Assembly: GCA_016180645.1 (NCBI GenBank)
Contig: JACPAV010000016.1
Coordinates: forward strand, 112,214-132,213
DNA: 20,000 nucleotides
From: Nitrospirota bacterium
GTDB taxonomy: Bacteria > JACPQY01
Direction: 5' to 3'
A program made the position numbers and the translations under genes. Below are positions 1-8,162 of this stretch, in pieces; positions within the stretch are counted from its first letter, which is position 1, and the number at the start of each line of letters is the position of its first letter. The notes under the pieces were generated by a model that was not told the DNA's origin, made no database searches, and was given only the letters and a program-made list of their open reading frames with translations.

Positions 1-1091
1 GAGAACTCAAGCAGGTCGGCAATGAGCTGCTTCATGCGATCGGCCCCTTCGGCAATGACCCTCATATACCGCCGGGTGTCGGGCGTCGATTCTTCGGGCA
101 ATGCCTCCTGCAGGAGGCTTACGAATTCCCGCACGTGACGTAGCGGCGCTTGGAGGTCGTGGGAAACGGAGTAGCTGAAACTCTCCAGTTCGGCGTTCAC
201 CGCCTCCAACTCGCGCGATTTCCGGATCAGGTCCTCCGCGACTTTCTCGCGCTCCAATCGGAGACGCCTGACCGTACCGGCTGTCCACCACACTAACGCC
301 CCAAGCACAATGACACTCGCCACCACCACCAGACCGAGTCCGAAATGCCAGTCGTACCAGCCGGCCCTCGCGCCGGTCCGAACCGCCCGTCCCAGAAGGA
401 GGGGAACGAGAAAGGACCCGATAAGGAGACGTCGGGCCATCACCCCCTCCTCGGAGGAGCTCGAAATTCTTCTCATGATCCCGCGATTCGGCCTGGCGCA
501 TAGGATTCCCGCATCCAAGAGCAGAAAGGCCACCGCCGTGTTCAGGGCCATCGGAATGTAGGAAGTAATCCCGTACATCCCACGAACGCCGTATGCGTAT
601 CCCACCACGGCCAGAGTGGAAACAAGCCCGGAGAGCAGAGGCAGCGCCTGGGCCGGCCTCCGGCCGCGCCGCGTTTCAATGTCGATGAAGAGCAAGGCCA
701 TCCCCTGGAGAAGGAAGTTCATGGCGGTGTTCGGAGCCATCCGGTTCGGCAGGGTGTAGGCCGCCAGTTTGTCCGTGAACAGAACCTGATCGATCCCAAA
801 ATCCATCCCCAGGAGATTCATGACCTTCATGACCGCGATTAGAATCGTTCCGCCGGCAAGGATGGCGACGAAGCTCCGCCGGCGGCCGGTGCAAGATTCC
901 GCGCCGGCAAGGAGAAGCGCAGTCCCGACAAGTCCGAAGGCCACCGCCGTCATCGGATTCATGGCCACGAATCCGGGGACGACGCTCTTGAGAATTTCGG
1001 AATCGAGGATCCAGCCGAGGAGCGCGAGGGCCCCCGCCGTGATCCCGACCATCGCCGTGAGGCCGGAAAACCACAGAAACATCCGCTCCAC
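1..1091 (-). CDS. Membrane-bound sensor histidine kinase (multi-TM N-terminus + HisKA; COG4251-like H-box), C-terminus beyond left edge
   Basis: Not in the ORF track because there is no stop in the window. Manual translation of the open minus frame gives MFLWFSGLTAMVGITAGALALLGWIL...ELEAVNAELESFSYSVSHDLQAPLRHVREF...GADRMKQLIADLLEF, with several hydrophobic helices then a coiled coil and H-box. Start is GTG 1091 or ATG 1082, just after the MFS stop (1097). Confidence 0.9.
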   Translation of the reverse strand, partial: MERMFLWFSGLTAMVGITAGALALLGWILDSEILKSVVPGFVAMNPMTAVAFGLVGTALLLAGAESCTGRRRSFVAILAGGTILIAVMKVMNLLGMDFGIDQVLFTDKLAAYTLPNRMAPNTAMNFLLQGMALLFIDIETRRGRRPAQALPLLSGLVSTLAVVGYAYGVRGMYGITSYIPMALNTAVAFLLLDAGILCARPNRGIMRRISSSSEEGVMARRLLIGSFLVPLLLGRAVRTGARAGWYDWHFGLGLVVVASVIVLGALVWWTAGTVRRLRLEREKVAEDLIRKSRELEAVNAELESFSYSVSHDLQAPLRHVREFVSLLQEALPEESTPDTRRYMRVIAEGADRMKQLIADLLEF

Positions 1092-1096
1092 GGGAA

Positions 1097-2407
1097 TCAG
1101 GTCGGCCTCCCCTTGATTCGCAGTGTGGCCACCCAGCCGAGCGCCGCCACCAGGCTGAAAAAGGAACCGACGGCAAAAGTCCAACGGGCAGTTTGAGTCG
1201 TGTCCCAAAGGTACCCCCCAAGAAGACTCGCCAGGATCAGACCCGCTCCCTCCACGGCGCCGATCCAGCCGAAGGCACGGCCCCGATGGTTCGGCGGGAC
1301 CCAATCCGCCACAACGGCACGGCTCGCTCCTTCCGTCAGTCCGAAGAAGAAACCGTACAGCACAAGAAGACCCAGTACAGCACCGGGACCATCCGCCACG
1401 GCGAACCCCGCGTACACGGATCCGTAGAGGAACCACCCCACCACGAGAAGTCGGCGACGGCCCCATCGGTCGGACAGACGGCCGCCCCAAAGGTTCGTGG
1501 CGGCCTTGACAAGGTGCAGGCCCGCCCAGAGGAGCGGAAGGTGCGCATCCTTGAAACCCAGCTCTCGGGCGCGAAGCAGCAGGAAGGCATCGGTCGATCC
1601 CGCGAGCGCGAAGAAGAAAAGGCATGGAACGTACCACTTCAGAGGATCGGGGAATCGCCAAGCCGCTTTCTCACCCCCACCCGCGCCCCCTGGCCGAGGA
1701 CGGCCTGGGGGGAATACAGGGAGACGGTGCGATTCTCCTTTCCCTTCCCCGCTTGAGGGGGAAGGTAGGGATGGGGGGTGCTCTACGGATGCGTCGCCCC
1801 TGCGCAGGCGGTCCGAATTTTCCCGGACAAATAGCAGGATGATAAACAGCGCGAGCACTCCGGGGATCGCGGACGCCTTGATCACACCGGCCACGTCCAT
1901 TTTCAGAATGCTCAACAGCAGAAAGGCCAGAAGACCGCCACCCACGGCGCCCAAGTGGTCCATGGCCCGCGTGTAGCCGAAGGCCCGCCCGCGGGAATCC
2001 GCGTCCGCCAGATCGGACACCAGTGCATCCCGAGGCGCCCCCCGAAATCCCTTTCCGATTTTGTCGATCAGTCGGAGTCCCAGCACCTGGGGCACGGTCG
2101 CAGCCAGACCGATCAGCGGCTTGGCAACCGAGGAAACGCCATAGCCACCGAGGATGATGGGGACGCGGCTGCGAACGCGATCCGAGAGGTGGCCGGCGAA
2201 ATAGCGGACCATGAGCGGAATGCCCTCGGCCAGCCCTTCGATGATCCCCACCACGAGTTTTCCGGCGCCGAGATGGACCGTGATGAACAGAGGAAGGATG
2301 GGGTAGATCATTTCGCTGCCCAGGTCCGTGAAAAGACTCACCCAGCCGGTGGCGAGAATGACACGGTGCAACCGGGGCCGGAGGGAGCGGCCGAAGGGGG
2401 TGCCCAT
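1097..2407 (-). CDS. MFS transporter (436 aa)
   Basis: GWVSLFTDLGSEMIYPILP N-terminus; MFS motif A in both halves (GHLSDRVRSR, GRLSDRWGRRR); RGRAFG twice; ~12 TM segments. Start set at ATG 2407 because the ORF extension to 2590 overlaps the divergent channel gene. Confidence 0.9.
   Translation of the reverse strand: MGTPFGRSLRPRLHRVILATGWVSLFTDLGSEMIYPILPLFITVHLGAGKLVVGIIEGLAEGIPLMVRYFAGHLSDRVRSRVPIILGGYGVSSVAKPLIGLAATVPQVLGLRLIDKIGKGFRGAPRDALVSDLADADSRGRAFGYTRAMDHLGAVGGGLLAFLLLSILKMDVAGVIKASAIPGVLALFIILLFVRENSDRLRRGDASVEHPPSLPSPSSGEGKGESHRLPVFPPGRPRPGGAGGGEKAAWRFPDPLKWYVPCLFFFALAGSTDAFLLLRARELGFKDAHLPLLWAGLHLVKAATNLWGGRLSDRWGRRRLLVVGWFLYGSVYAGFAVADGPGAVLGLLVLYGFFFGLTEGASRAVVADWVPPNHRGRAFGWIGAVEGAGLILASLLGGYLWDTTQTARWTFAVGSFFSLVAALGWVATLRIKGRPT
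1672..1780. repeat. GC-rich multi-hairpin palindromic element inside the MFS CDS
   Basis: Outer imperfect arms CACCCCCACCC (1672-1682) / GGGATGGGGGGTG (1768-1780). Inner hairpins CCCCCTGGCCG-AGGA-CGGCCTGGGGG (1686-1711) and CCTTCCCC-N7-GGGGAAGG (1743-1765). Confidence 0.55.
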
Positions 2408-2435
2408 GACTGGGTGGCAGGATATCACAAATCCC

Positions 2436-2463
2436 TTGCAGCGCTTGGCCACTCGGCTAGAAT
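2436..2463 (+). promoter_or_regulatory. Putative sigma70 promoter of the channel gene
   Basis: TTGCAG (2436-2441)-16 nt-TAGAAT (2458-2463), followed by GGGAG and ATG 2490. Confidence 0.45.
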
Positions 2464-2489
2464 CGGTCCGGCATGGGAGTCCCACACCG

Positions 2490-3833
2490 ATGGCGCTGAT
2501 ACACCCCGACGGAAAATTCAGGCAGCGGTGGGACTTCGTCGTGATTGTCGCCACCGTCGTCTCCTCGGTTGAAATCCCCTTGCGGATCACGCTGAACTAT
2601 CCCCTCAAGGGCTGGTTGGTTCCCTACGACTACGTCGTCACGCTCATCTTCTTGGCAGACGTCGTTGTCAACTTTCTGACTCAGCAGTACGACAAGAAGA
2701 AACTCATTTCCGATCCCAAGGTGATCGCCGGGCGCTACCTGCGCGGGTGGTTTGTGGTTGATTTCCTTTCTGCCGTACCATTCGACCTTCTGTTTTCCGG
2801 TGTCGCGGCCGCGGGTTCCAATCGAATCCTGCGTCTCCTCCGCATCACCCGTCTGCTTCGGCTGACACGGCTGGCGGCCTTTCTAAGCAAATGGGGCCGG
2901 GGGAGTTCGATCAACCCCGCCATTCTTCGAATGTTTTATCTCGTGTTTTGGATCCTGATGACGTCCCACTTCGTGGCCTGCCTCTGGATCTACTTCGGCT
3001 CGGGAAACGCCGTCAATACGAACACCGACTACGCTCCGACGGACAATCTCCGAAACTACGTCCGGGCTCTCTACTGGGTGACCACCACGCTCACCACGAT
3101 CGGCTATGGGGATATAACGCCCGTCAACAACCGCCAGACCGTCTTCACCATGATCATCCAGTTGATGGGCGCCGGCATGTACGGCTTCGTCATCGGTAAC
3201 ATTGCCAACCTGATCGCCAACATCGACATTGCCAAGTCCCAGTTCCGCGAGCGCATGGAGAAAATCGAGACCTTCATGCGGTACAAGGCCGTTCCCCCGG
3301 AAACGCAGGATCGGGTCCGTGAATACTACAACTACCTGTGGGAATCGCGCCGGGGGTATGACGAATTTTCCATCGTCAACGATTTCCCCACTCCGCTCCG
3401 CACGGAAATTCTGCTTTTCCTCAACCGGAGCATGATCGAGAAGGTCCCCATCTTCAAAGGCGCCACTCCGGATTTCGTTCGTGAAATCGTGCTCAACCTG
3501 AAGCCGGTGGTGTTTTCCCCATCCGAGTTTGTCTTTCGCAAAGGAGATATCGGCTACAACATGTACTTCATCAGCCGTGGAGGGGTGGAAGTGACCTCAG
3601 AGGACGGGAAAACCATCTACGCAACCCTGCGGGAGGGAAATTTCTTCGGTGAGATCGCCCTCCTCCTCAGCATGCCGCGCACGGCCAGCATACGCGCAAT
3701 CGAATTTACCGACCTCTACGAACTCGACAAGGACACCTTCGACCGCGTTCTCGGTCGATTTCCGGACTTTGAGAAGCACATGCGGGAACTGGCGCGCCAG
3801 CGTCAGGAGGAGATGCAGAAGGACAAGAAGTAG
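2490..3833 (+). CDS. Cyclic nucleotide-gated K+ channel, 6TM + C-linker + CNBD (SthK/LliK/HCN-like), 447 aa
   Basis: Selectivity filter TTLTTIGYGD; Arg-rich S4 RILRLLRITRLLRLTRL; C-linker (RVREYYNYLW); CNBD phosphate-binding cassette FFGEIALL...PRTASIRA. Start ATG 2490 (MALIHPDGK) with GGGAG upstream. Confidence 0.95.
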   Translation: MALIHPDGKFRQRWDFVVIVATVVSSVEIPLRITLNYPLKGWLVPYDYVVTLIFLADVVVNFLTQQYDKKKLISDPKVIAGRYLRGWFVVDFLSAVPFDLLFSGVAAAGSNRILRLLRITRLLRLTRLAAFLSKWGRGSSINPAILRMFYLVFWILMTSHFVACLWIYFGSGNAVNTNTDYAPTDNLRNYVRALYWVTTTLTTIGYGDITPVNNRQTVFTMIIQLMGAGMYGFVIGNIANLIANIDIAKSQFRERMEKIETFMRYKAVPPETQDRVREYYNYLWESRRGYDEFSIVNDFPTPLRTEILLFLNRSMIEKVPIFKGATPDFVREIVLNLKPVVFSPSEFVFRKGDIGYNMYFISRGGVEVTSEDGKTIYATLREGNFFGEIALLLSMPRTASIRAIEFTDLYELDKDTFDRVLGRFPDFEKHMRELARQRQEEMQKDKK

Positions 3834-3852
3834 TGCGTTTCTCCTTGATCCT

Positions 3853-3907
3853 GGTAGCCGCGGACTTTAGTCCGCGAGTCGGACGCAGCCTGAAGGCTGC
3901 GGCTACC
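3853..3907. repeat. GTAG-type REP doublet (REPIN-like)
   Basis: GGTAG-CCGCGGAC-TTTA-GTCCGCG, 7-nt spacer, then an inverted unit whose reverse complement is GGTAG-CCGCAGCC-TTCA-GGCTGCG. Confidence 0.8.
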
Positions 3908-3924
3908 TGTCCGTCGATCAGGAC

Positions 3925-3960
3925 ATCCGGATTGACATGGTCATAATATCCGGATAATCT
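3925..3960 (+). promoter_or_regulatory. Sigma70 promoter of the ATPase gene (probably leaderless) overlapped by two ATCCGGAT palindromes
   Basis: TTGACA (3932-3937)-17 nt-TAATCT (3955-3960), ATG at 3967 with no SD. ATCCGGAT at 3925-3932 and 3948-3955. Confidence 0.65.
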
Positions 3961-3966
3961 TCCCAT

Positions 3967-5109
3967 ATGGGTAAGATTGTAAAAAGGCTGTTCTCTCTGA
4001 ATCTTCCCGGTGGGAAGTCTGCCTTCTTGTGGGGTCCCCGAAAGGTCGGCAAGACCTACTGGATCACCCATTCCCTTCCCGGGGTTCCCGTCGTGGACCT
4101 GCTCCAAACGGATGTTTTTGCCGAATACGCATCGCGCCCCTCTCTCCTCCGCGAGCGGTTTGGGAGTCACACGGGGCTCGTCGTGATCGATGAAGTCCAG
4201 AAAATCCCCGCCCTCCTGGATGAAGTGCACGGACTTATGGCCCACCGCGGCATGTCCTTCTTGCTCTGCGGCTCCAGCGCCAGGAAACTGAAGCGGGGAC
4301 ACGCGAACCTCCTGGGGGGCCGGGCATGGCGGAGGACGATGGCACCCCTGTCCTGTATGGAAGTCGAAGGATTCGATCTGGCGGCGGCGATGACGTCAGG
4401 ACTTCTCCCGCCGCACTTTCTATCCCCTTCCCCCGAGGAAGATCTTCGCGCATACATCGCCGACTATCTGAAGGAAGAGATAGCCGCGGAGGCCCTCACC
4501 CAAAATATCCCGGCCTTCTCTGAATTTCTGCGCGTCGCGGCGCTGACCTCCAGCGAACTTCTGAATTACACCAACATTGGACGGGAGACCGGAGTGTCCC
4601 AGAAGATCGTGCGAAACTATTTCGAGATTCTGGAGGATACCCACCTGGGCTTCAGGGTTCCTCCTTGGAGAAAATCCAGGACGCGACGGATGATTCAGAC
4701 GGAAAAGTTCTACCTCTTCGATGTTGGGGTCGCCAACTACCTCTCGCGCCGGACACCCCGCCTGGGCAGTCCGGATTTCGGAAAATCCTTCGAGCACTAC
4801 ATTCTCATGGAGATTCGTGCGTATCAGGCCTATCGCCAGCCGGATCTTCCCATCGCCTATTGGCGGACCAGCACGGGGCAGGAAGTCGACTTCATCCTCG
4901 GCGAGAAGGATCTTGCGATCGAAATCAAGGGATCGAGCCGCGTGCACGAAGGGGATCTCCGATCCTTGCGCGCGTTCTCGGAGGACGGTCCTGCTCGCCG
5001 CACCGTGGTGGTATGCATGGAAAGGGAATCGAGGCGCGTTACGCCACGCATCGAGATCCTTCCTTGGAGGATGTTCGTTCAGAGACTGTGGGCAGGGGAC
5101 TTCCTGTAG
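3967..5109 (+). CDS. AAA_14 ATPase with DUF4143 (COG1373 family)
   Basis: Walker A GPRKVGKT, Walker B VVIDEVQK, GSSARKL, LLGGRA, KFYLFDVGV, and C-terminal YWRTSTGQEVDFI...AIEIK (PD-(D/E)xK-like). Confidence 0.92.
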   Translation: MGKIVKRLFSLNLPGGKSAFLWGPRKVGKTYWITHSLPGVPVVDLLQTDVFAEYASRPSLLRERFGSHTGLVVIDEVQKIPALLDEVHGLMAHRGMSFLLCGSSARKLKRGHANLLGGRAWRRTMAPLSCMEVEGFDLAAAMTSGLLPPHFLSPSPEEDLRAYIADYLKEEIAAEALTQNIPAFSEFLRVAALTSSELLNYTNIGRETGVSQKIVRNYFEILEDTHLGFRVPPWRKSRTRRMIQTEKFYLFDVGVANYLSRRTPRLGSPDFGKSFEHYILMEIRAYQAYRQPDLPIAYWRTSTGQEVDFILGEKDLAIEIKGSSRVHEGDLRSLRAFSEDGPARRTVVVCMERESRRVTPRIEILPWRMFVQRLWAGDFL

Positions 5110-5139
5110 GGAACCCTGCCGGCCCAGGAAATCTGCCTC

Positions 5140-5766
5140 CTACGGCAAATTCAACGAACCCCGAATCGCGCTCAAGGTTTCTGCCGGAGGGGTATGCAGG
5201 CCCTCAGATTGGTGGACGATTTCGCCCTTGGCGTTCAACACCGAGATCTTGTTGCTATGCGCGAAGTCCTTCTCTCCCATCCTGCGGATCTGGATGCCAA
5301 GGAGAGCTTCCAGCTCCAGCGTCTGGGCGGGCGGGCCTGTCAAGAACACCCAGGTTTTCACGGCGGAGCCGTTCTTCTTCTTGAATTCCGAAAGGCGGGC
5401 CGGCGTGTCGCGTTCCGGATCGACGGTCACGATCACGAAACGGACCCGGGATCGCTCCTTCTCGGTGAGGGAACGCGAAATGCGTTTGGCATCCTCGATC
5501 AGAATCGGGCAGGCCGACTCGCAATGCGTGTAGAGCATGAGGAGCACTACGGGTTTGCCCTCGAAGGATCGGAGCGTGACCGACTCCCCCTTTTCGTTGG
5601 TCCACTCCCCTTCCAGCCAAAAGACCGACTTGTCCGTCGGGGTCCCTCCGGCCGCCTCTCCGTGATGATGCGGGTGGGCCTCGTCATCCGCCGAGGTCCC
5701 GGGGGCAGCCGCGCCGGTGCACACCACGGCGACGACGAGCGAGAGGGCTACTCGTCTTTCGCGCAT
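5140..5766 (-). CDS. SCO1/SenC family copper chaperone
   Basis: Signal peptide, YTHCESACP (CxxxCP), VTVDPERDTP and FAHSNKI (His ligand). Start overlaps the end of the upstream nirV-like gene. Confidence 0.93.
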   Translation of the reverse strand: MRERRVALSLVVAVVCTGAAAPGTSADDEAHPHHHGEAAGGTPTDKSVFWLEGEWTNEKGESVTLRSFEGKPVVLLMLYTHCESACPILIEDAKRISRSLTEKERSRVRFVIVTVDPERDTPARLSEFKKKNGSAVKTWVFLTGPPAQTLELEALLGIQIRRMGEKDFAHSNKISVLNAKGEIVHQSEGLHTPPAETLSAIRGSLNLP

Positions 5767-6485
5767 CGGAAGCCGAGATTGTGAGTCCCGTACGACGCCT
5801 TCAAGCTGGAACGGAATGCGTAGCGCATGAAGGCGGCGTAGTCCGCCTTGTCCACGGCCTCCGAGGATGCCCCGCCGCAGTACAGATTTCGATCCTTGTC
5901 CGCATCCGATCGATTGTCGCCGCTGAGAAGGCTGGCGTTGAAATCCTCAACCCATTCCCAGAGACGATGGAAGTCGTGCAGGCCGAGGGCGTTCGAGGGG
6001 CCGGAGGCCACCTCCGCAAGCGGGCCCTCGTGCGGCATGGCGTACCAGCGAAGAACTTCATCGCGAGCGGCAGGATCTCCACCCGAGCCGGCCGATGCCG
6101 CATATTCCCATTCCATGGCCGTCGGCAACCTCTTCCCTTGGGCCGCACAGTAGGCCCTCGCCGCAAACCAGGACACCTGCGTAGCAGGCCGTCGTTCGGC
6201 CCCTGTGGGGATGGACACGTCGGTCACCCACTCGCGGAGGTAGTGCGTGTCACGAAACACGGACGGGGCGCGGTTCCGACTCCAGCGCGGATTCGCGAGC
6301 ACGAACTTCAGGAAATCGCCGTGCGTCACGGGAACCCGATCCAATAGGAACGATGGGATGCGAACCGACTCGATCGTCGTTTCCGGTCGGTAGAGTGGTG
6401 TGAACGTGCCGCCCGGAACGGGGGCCATGTCGGGGGCCACGAGTTCTGCCGCAGCAAGAAGAATCGCAAGCCACAGCTTCGACAT
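5748..6485 (-). CDS. nirV: NirV-like FGE-sulfatase (SUMF1) domain periplasmic protein
   Basis: Signal peptide; VSWFAARAYC...GKRLPTAMEWEYAA, WEWV and NLGFRCA are FGE-fold motifs; directly downstream of nirK. Confidence 0.82.
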   Translation of the reverse strand: MSKLWLAILLAAAELVAPDMAPVPGGTFTPLYRPETTIESVRIPSFLLDRVPVTHGDFLKFVLANPRWSRNRAPSVFRDTHYLREWVTDVSIPTGAERRPATQVSWFAARAYCAAQGKRLPTAMEWEYAASAGSGGDPAARDEVLRWYAMPHEGPLAEVASGPSNALGLHDFHRLWEWVEDFNASLLSGDNRSDADKDRNLYCGGASSEAVDKADYAAFMRYAFRSSLKASYGTHNLGFRCAKDE

Positions 6486-6494
6486 CGAAGAGTC

Positions 6495-7931
6495 CTACTG
6501 CTTCGCCCGCTCCTCGGCCACTTCTTCGGGTGTCACCATGTCGCCCTTGTTGCCCCAGGCATTTCGGACGTAAGTCAGAATAGAGGCGACATCTCCGTCC
6601 CCCAGATTGAGGCGGGGCATCTCGGCGTTGTAGTCCTGACCGTTTACCTGGATCGGGCCTTTCATGCCGTTGATGACGATGTGAATGCTCCGTGGTTTGT
6701 CCGCCAGGAGAAAGTCCGATTTCGCCAGCGGCGGGAACACGCCGGGTATCCCTTCGCCCGTGGGCTGATGGCACATGGAGCAGTTGTTGAGATAAAGCTG
6801 GTTTCCTTCCTGAATGCGCATGTCCCGGGTGAGCTGCTTGATCCGCGGGTTCGTGCGCTTTTCTTCCTCGATCTGGGCGCGGAGTTTTTCGACCTCCTCG
6901 CGGCTCTTGTCCCCTTCGGGCGCCTGAGATCCCAAGTACACCTCGTCCACCTCTTTGCCGGAGTAAATCGATTTATCCTCCGGCCCCGATACCTTCAGCA
7001 TGCCCAGCGTCCCTTTGTTGAACGTACGAAAAATCGAGTGGTCCACAAGGATAAACGTACCCGGCACTTCCACTTTGAATTCCACCATGGTGGAACCGCC
7101 CGCCGGTATGAGGGTGGTTTGGACCTGTTTCTGATTCGGAAGGATTCCGCCTTCGCCGTAGACGCTGTCGAAGATTTCGCCGATGACGTGGAACGAGCTG
7201 ATCATGTTCGGCCCGCCGTTCCCGAGATAGAGTCGCACCGTTTCACCCACATTGGCCTGGAGCGCTTTGTCGCCGACCAGAGAACCGACGGCGCCGTTGA
7301 ATACGATGTATGACGGATTCTCATCGATGCCCCGTTGCATGTCGAACGGTTGAAGTCCCTTCTCGCCGAAGTTTCCCCTGGTGTAGAAGTCTCCCTGCAT
7401 TACGTAGTACTCGCGGTTCACCTTCGGCATCCCTTCCTTCGGCTGCACGAGGATGAGGCCGTACATGCCGTTCGCCACGTGCATGGGAACGGGCGCGGTG
7501 GCACAGTGGTAGACGAAGAGACCGGGGTTGATGGCCTTGAAGGTGAATCGGGAGGCGTGGCCCGGCGCCGTGAACGAGCTTGCGGCGCCTCCGCCGGGAC
7601 CCGTCACCGCGTGCAGATCGATATTGTGCGGCATCTTGCTGCCCGGGTTGTTCTGGAGATGGAATTCCACGGTATCCCCTTCGCGGACTCGGATGAACTT
7701 GCCGGGCACTTTCCCACCGAACGTCCAGAACAGATATTGAACCCCGTCTGCCAGTTGGCCGACTTTCTCCACGACTTCGAGTTCAACCACGACCTTCGCG
7801 GGGTTCTTCCGTTCTATGGACGGCGGAACGAGAGGCGCGTCGGTCAGCACGGCCTTCTCAACGGGTAGCTCGGCGGCGGCAGCATTGTGCATCGCTGCGG
7901 TCACCAATACGAGTAGGAGCAGAAGTTTCAT
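6495..7931 (-). CDS. nirK: Copper-containing nitrite reductase (AniA-like) with C-terminal cytochrome c domain, 478 aa
   Basis: [29 protein letters not shown] and LVDHS supply the T1/T2 Cu ligands and catalytic Asp/His. C-terminal CSMCH...FPPLA...MP cytochrome c. GGAGG 6 nt before ATG 7931; Sec signal peptide. Confidence 0.97.
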   Translation of the reverse strand: MKLLLLLVLVTAAMHNAAAAELPVEKAVLTDAPLVPPSIERKNPAKVVVELEVVEKVGQLADGVQYLFWTFGGKVPGKFIRVREGDTVEFHLQNNPGSKMPHNIDLHAVTGPGGGAASSFTAPGHASRFTFKAINPGLFVYHCATAPVPMHVANGMYGLILVQPKEGMPKVNREYYVMQGDFYTRGNFGEKGLQPFDMQRGIDENPSYIVFNGAVGSLVGDKALQANVGETVRLYLGNGGPNMISSFHVIGEIFDSVYGEGGILPNQKQVQTTLIPAGGSTMVEFKVEVPGTFILVDHSIFRTFNKGTLGMLKVSGPEDKSIYSGKEVDEVYLGSQAPEGDKSREEVEKLRAQIEEEKRTNPRIKQLTRDMRIQEGNQLYLNNCSMCHQPTGEGIPGVFPPLAKSDFLLADKPRSIHIVINGMKGPIQVNGQDYNAEMPRLNLGDGDVASILTYVRNAWGNKGDMVTPEEVAEERAKQ

Positions 7932-7994
7932 GTCACACCTCCGGGTCATGGTTTCAGTTGGCCATTAGTGTCCGACCAAGTCAAGGATCGAAAT

Positions 7995-8008
7995 ATGACG
8001 ACGGTCAG
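7995..8008. promoter_or_regulatory. CRP/FNR-type box upstream of nirK
   Basis: ATGAC-GACG-GTCAG. Centre is 29.5 nt from a minus-strand GACACT (7972-7967), consistent with a -41.5 position. Confidence 0.7.
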
Positions 8009-8022
8009 TATCAGGTGTTGTG

Positions 8023-8078
8023 GGTAGCCGTAGGCTTCAGCCTACGCGCCGGACGCGGGCTGGAAGCCCGCGCCTACC
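8023..8078. repeat. GTAG-type REP doublet (REPIN-like)
   Basis: GGTAG-CCGTAGGC-TTCA-GCCTACG, 7-nt spacer, then an inverted unit with reverse complement GGTAG-GCGCGGGC-TTCCA-GCCCGCG. Same layout as 3853-3907. Confidence 0.8.
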
Positions 8079-8098
8079 AAGGGAAGGCCCTGAGATAC

Positions 8099-8141
8099 AA
8101 AACAAAAGGGCCGCCCCCTTGCATGCCCAAGGGAGCGGCCC
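8099..8141 (-). terminator. Intrinsic terminator after the nonaheme gene
   Basis: 14-bp stem 8108-8121/8128-8141 (one G-U on the minus strand) followed by TTTTGTTTT on the minus strand, 21 nt past the stop. Confidence 0.85.
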
Positions 8142-8162
8142 GGACTGATTGGAAAAGAAGGC

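Noticed and set aside
7-1221. Track ORFs 7..501, 310..561, 676..1221, 820..1116
   Set aside because: Shadow frames of the kinase, whose real frame is open through the left edge.
2328-2590. Apparent head-to-head overlap of MFS and channel ORFs
   Set aside because: Disappears with starts at 2407 (-) and 2490 (+), which leave an 82-bp divergent gap with promoter and SD signals.
3933-3943. TGAC-N3-GTCA as another copy of the island box
   Set aside because: Spacing differs from the island motif and it overlaps the -35 of an unrelated gene.
5748-6485. Active formylglycine-generating enzyme
   Set aside because: No catalytic Cys pair or sulfatase neighbour seen; context indicates NirV.
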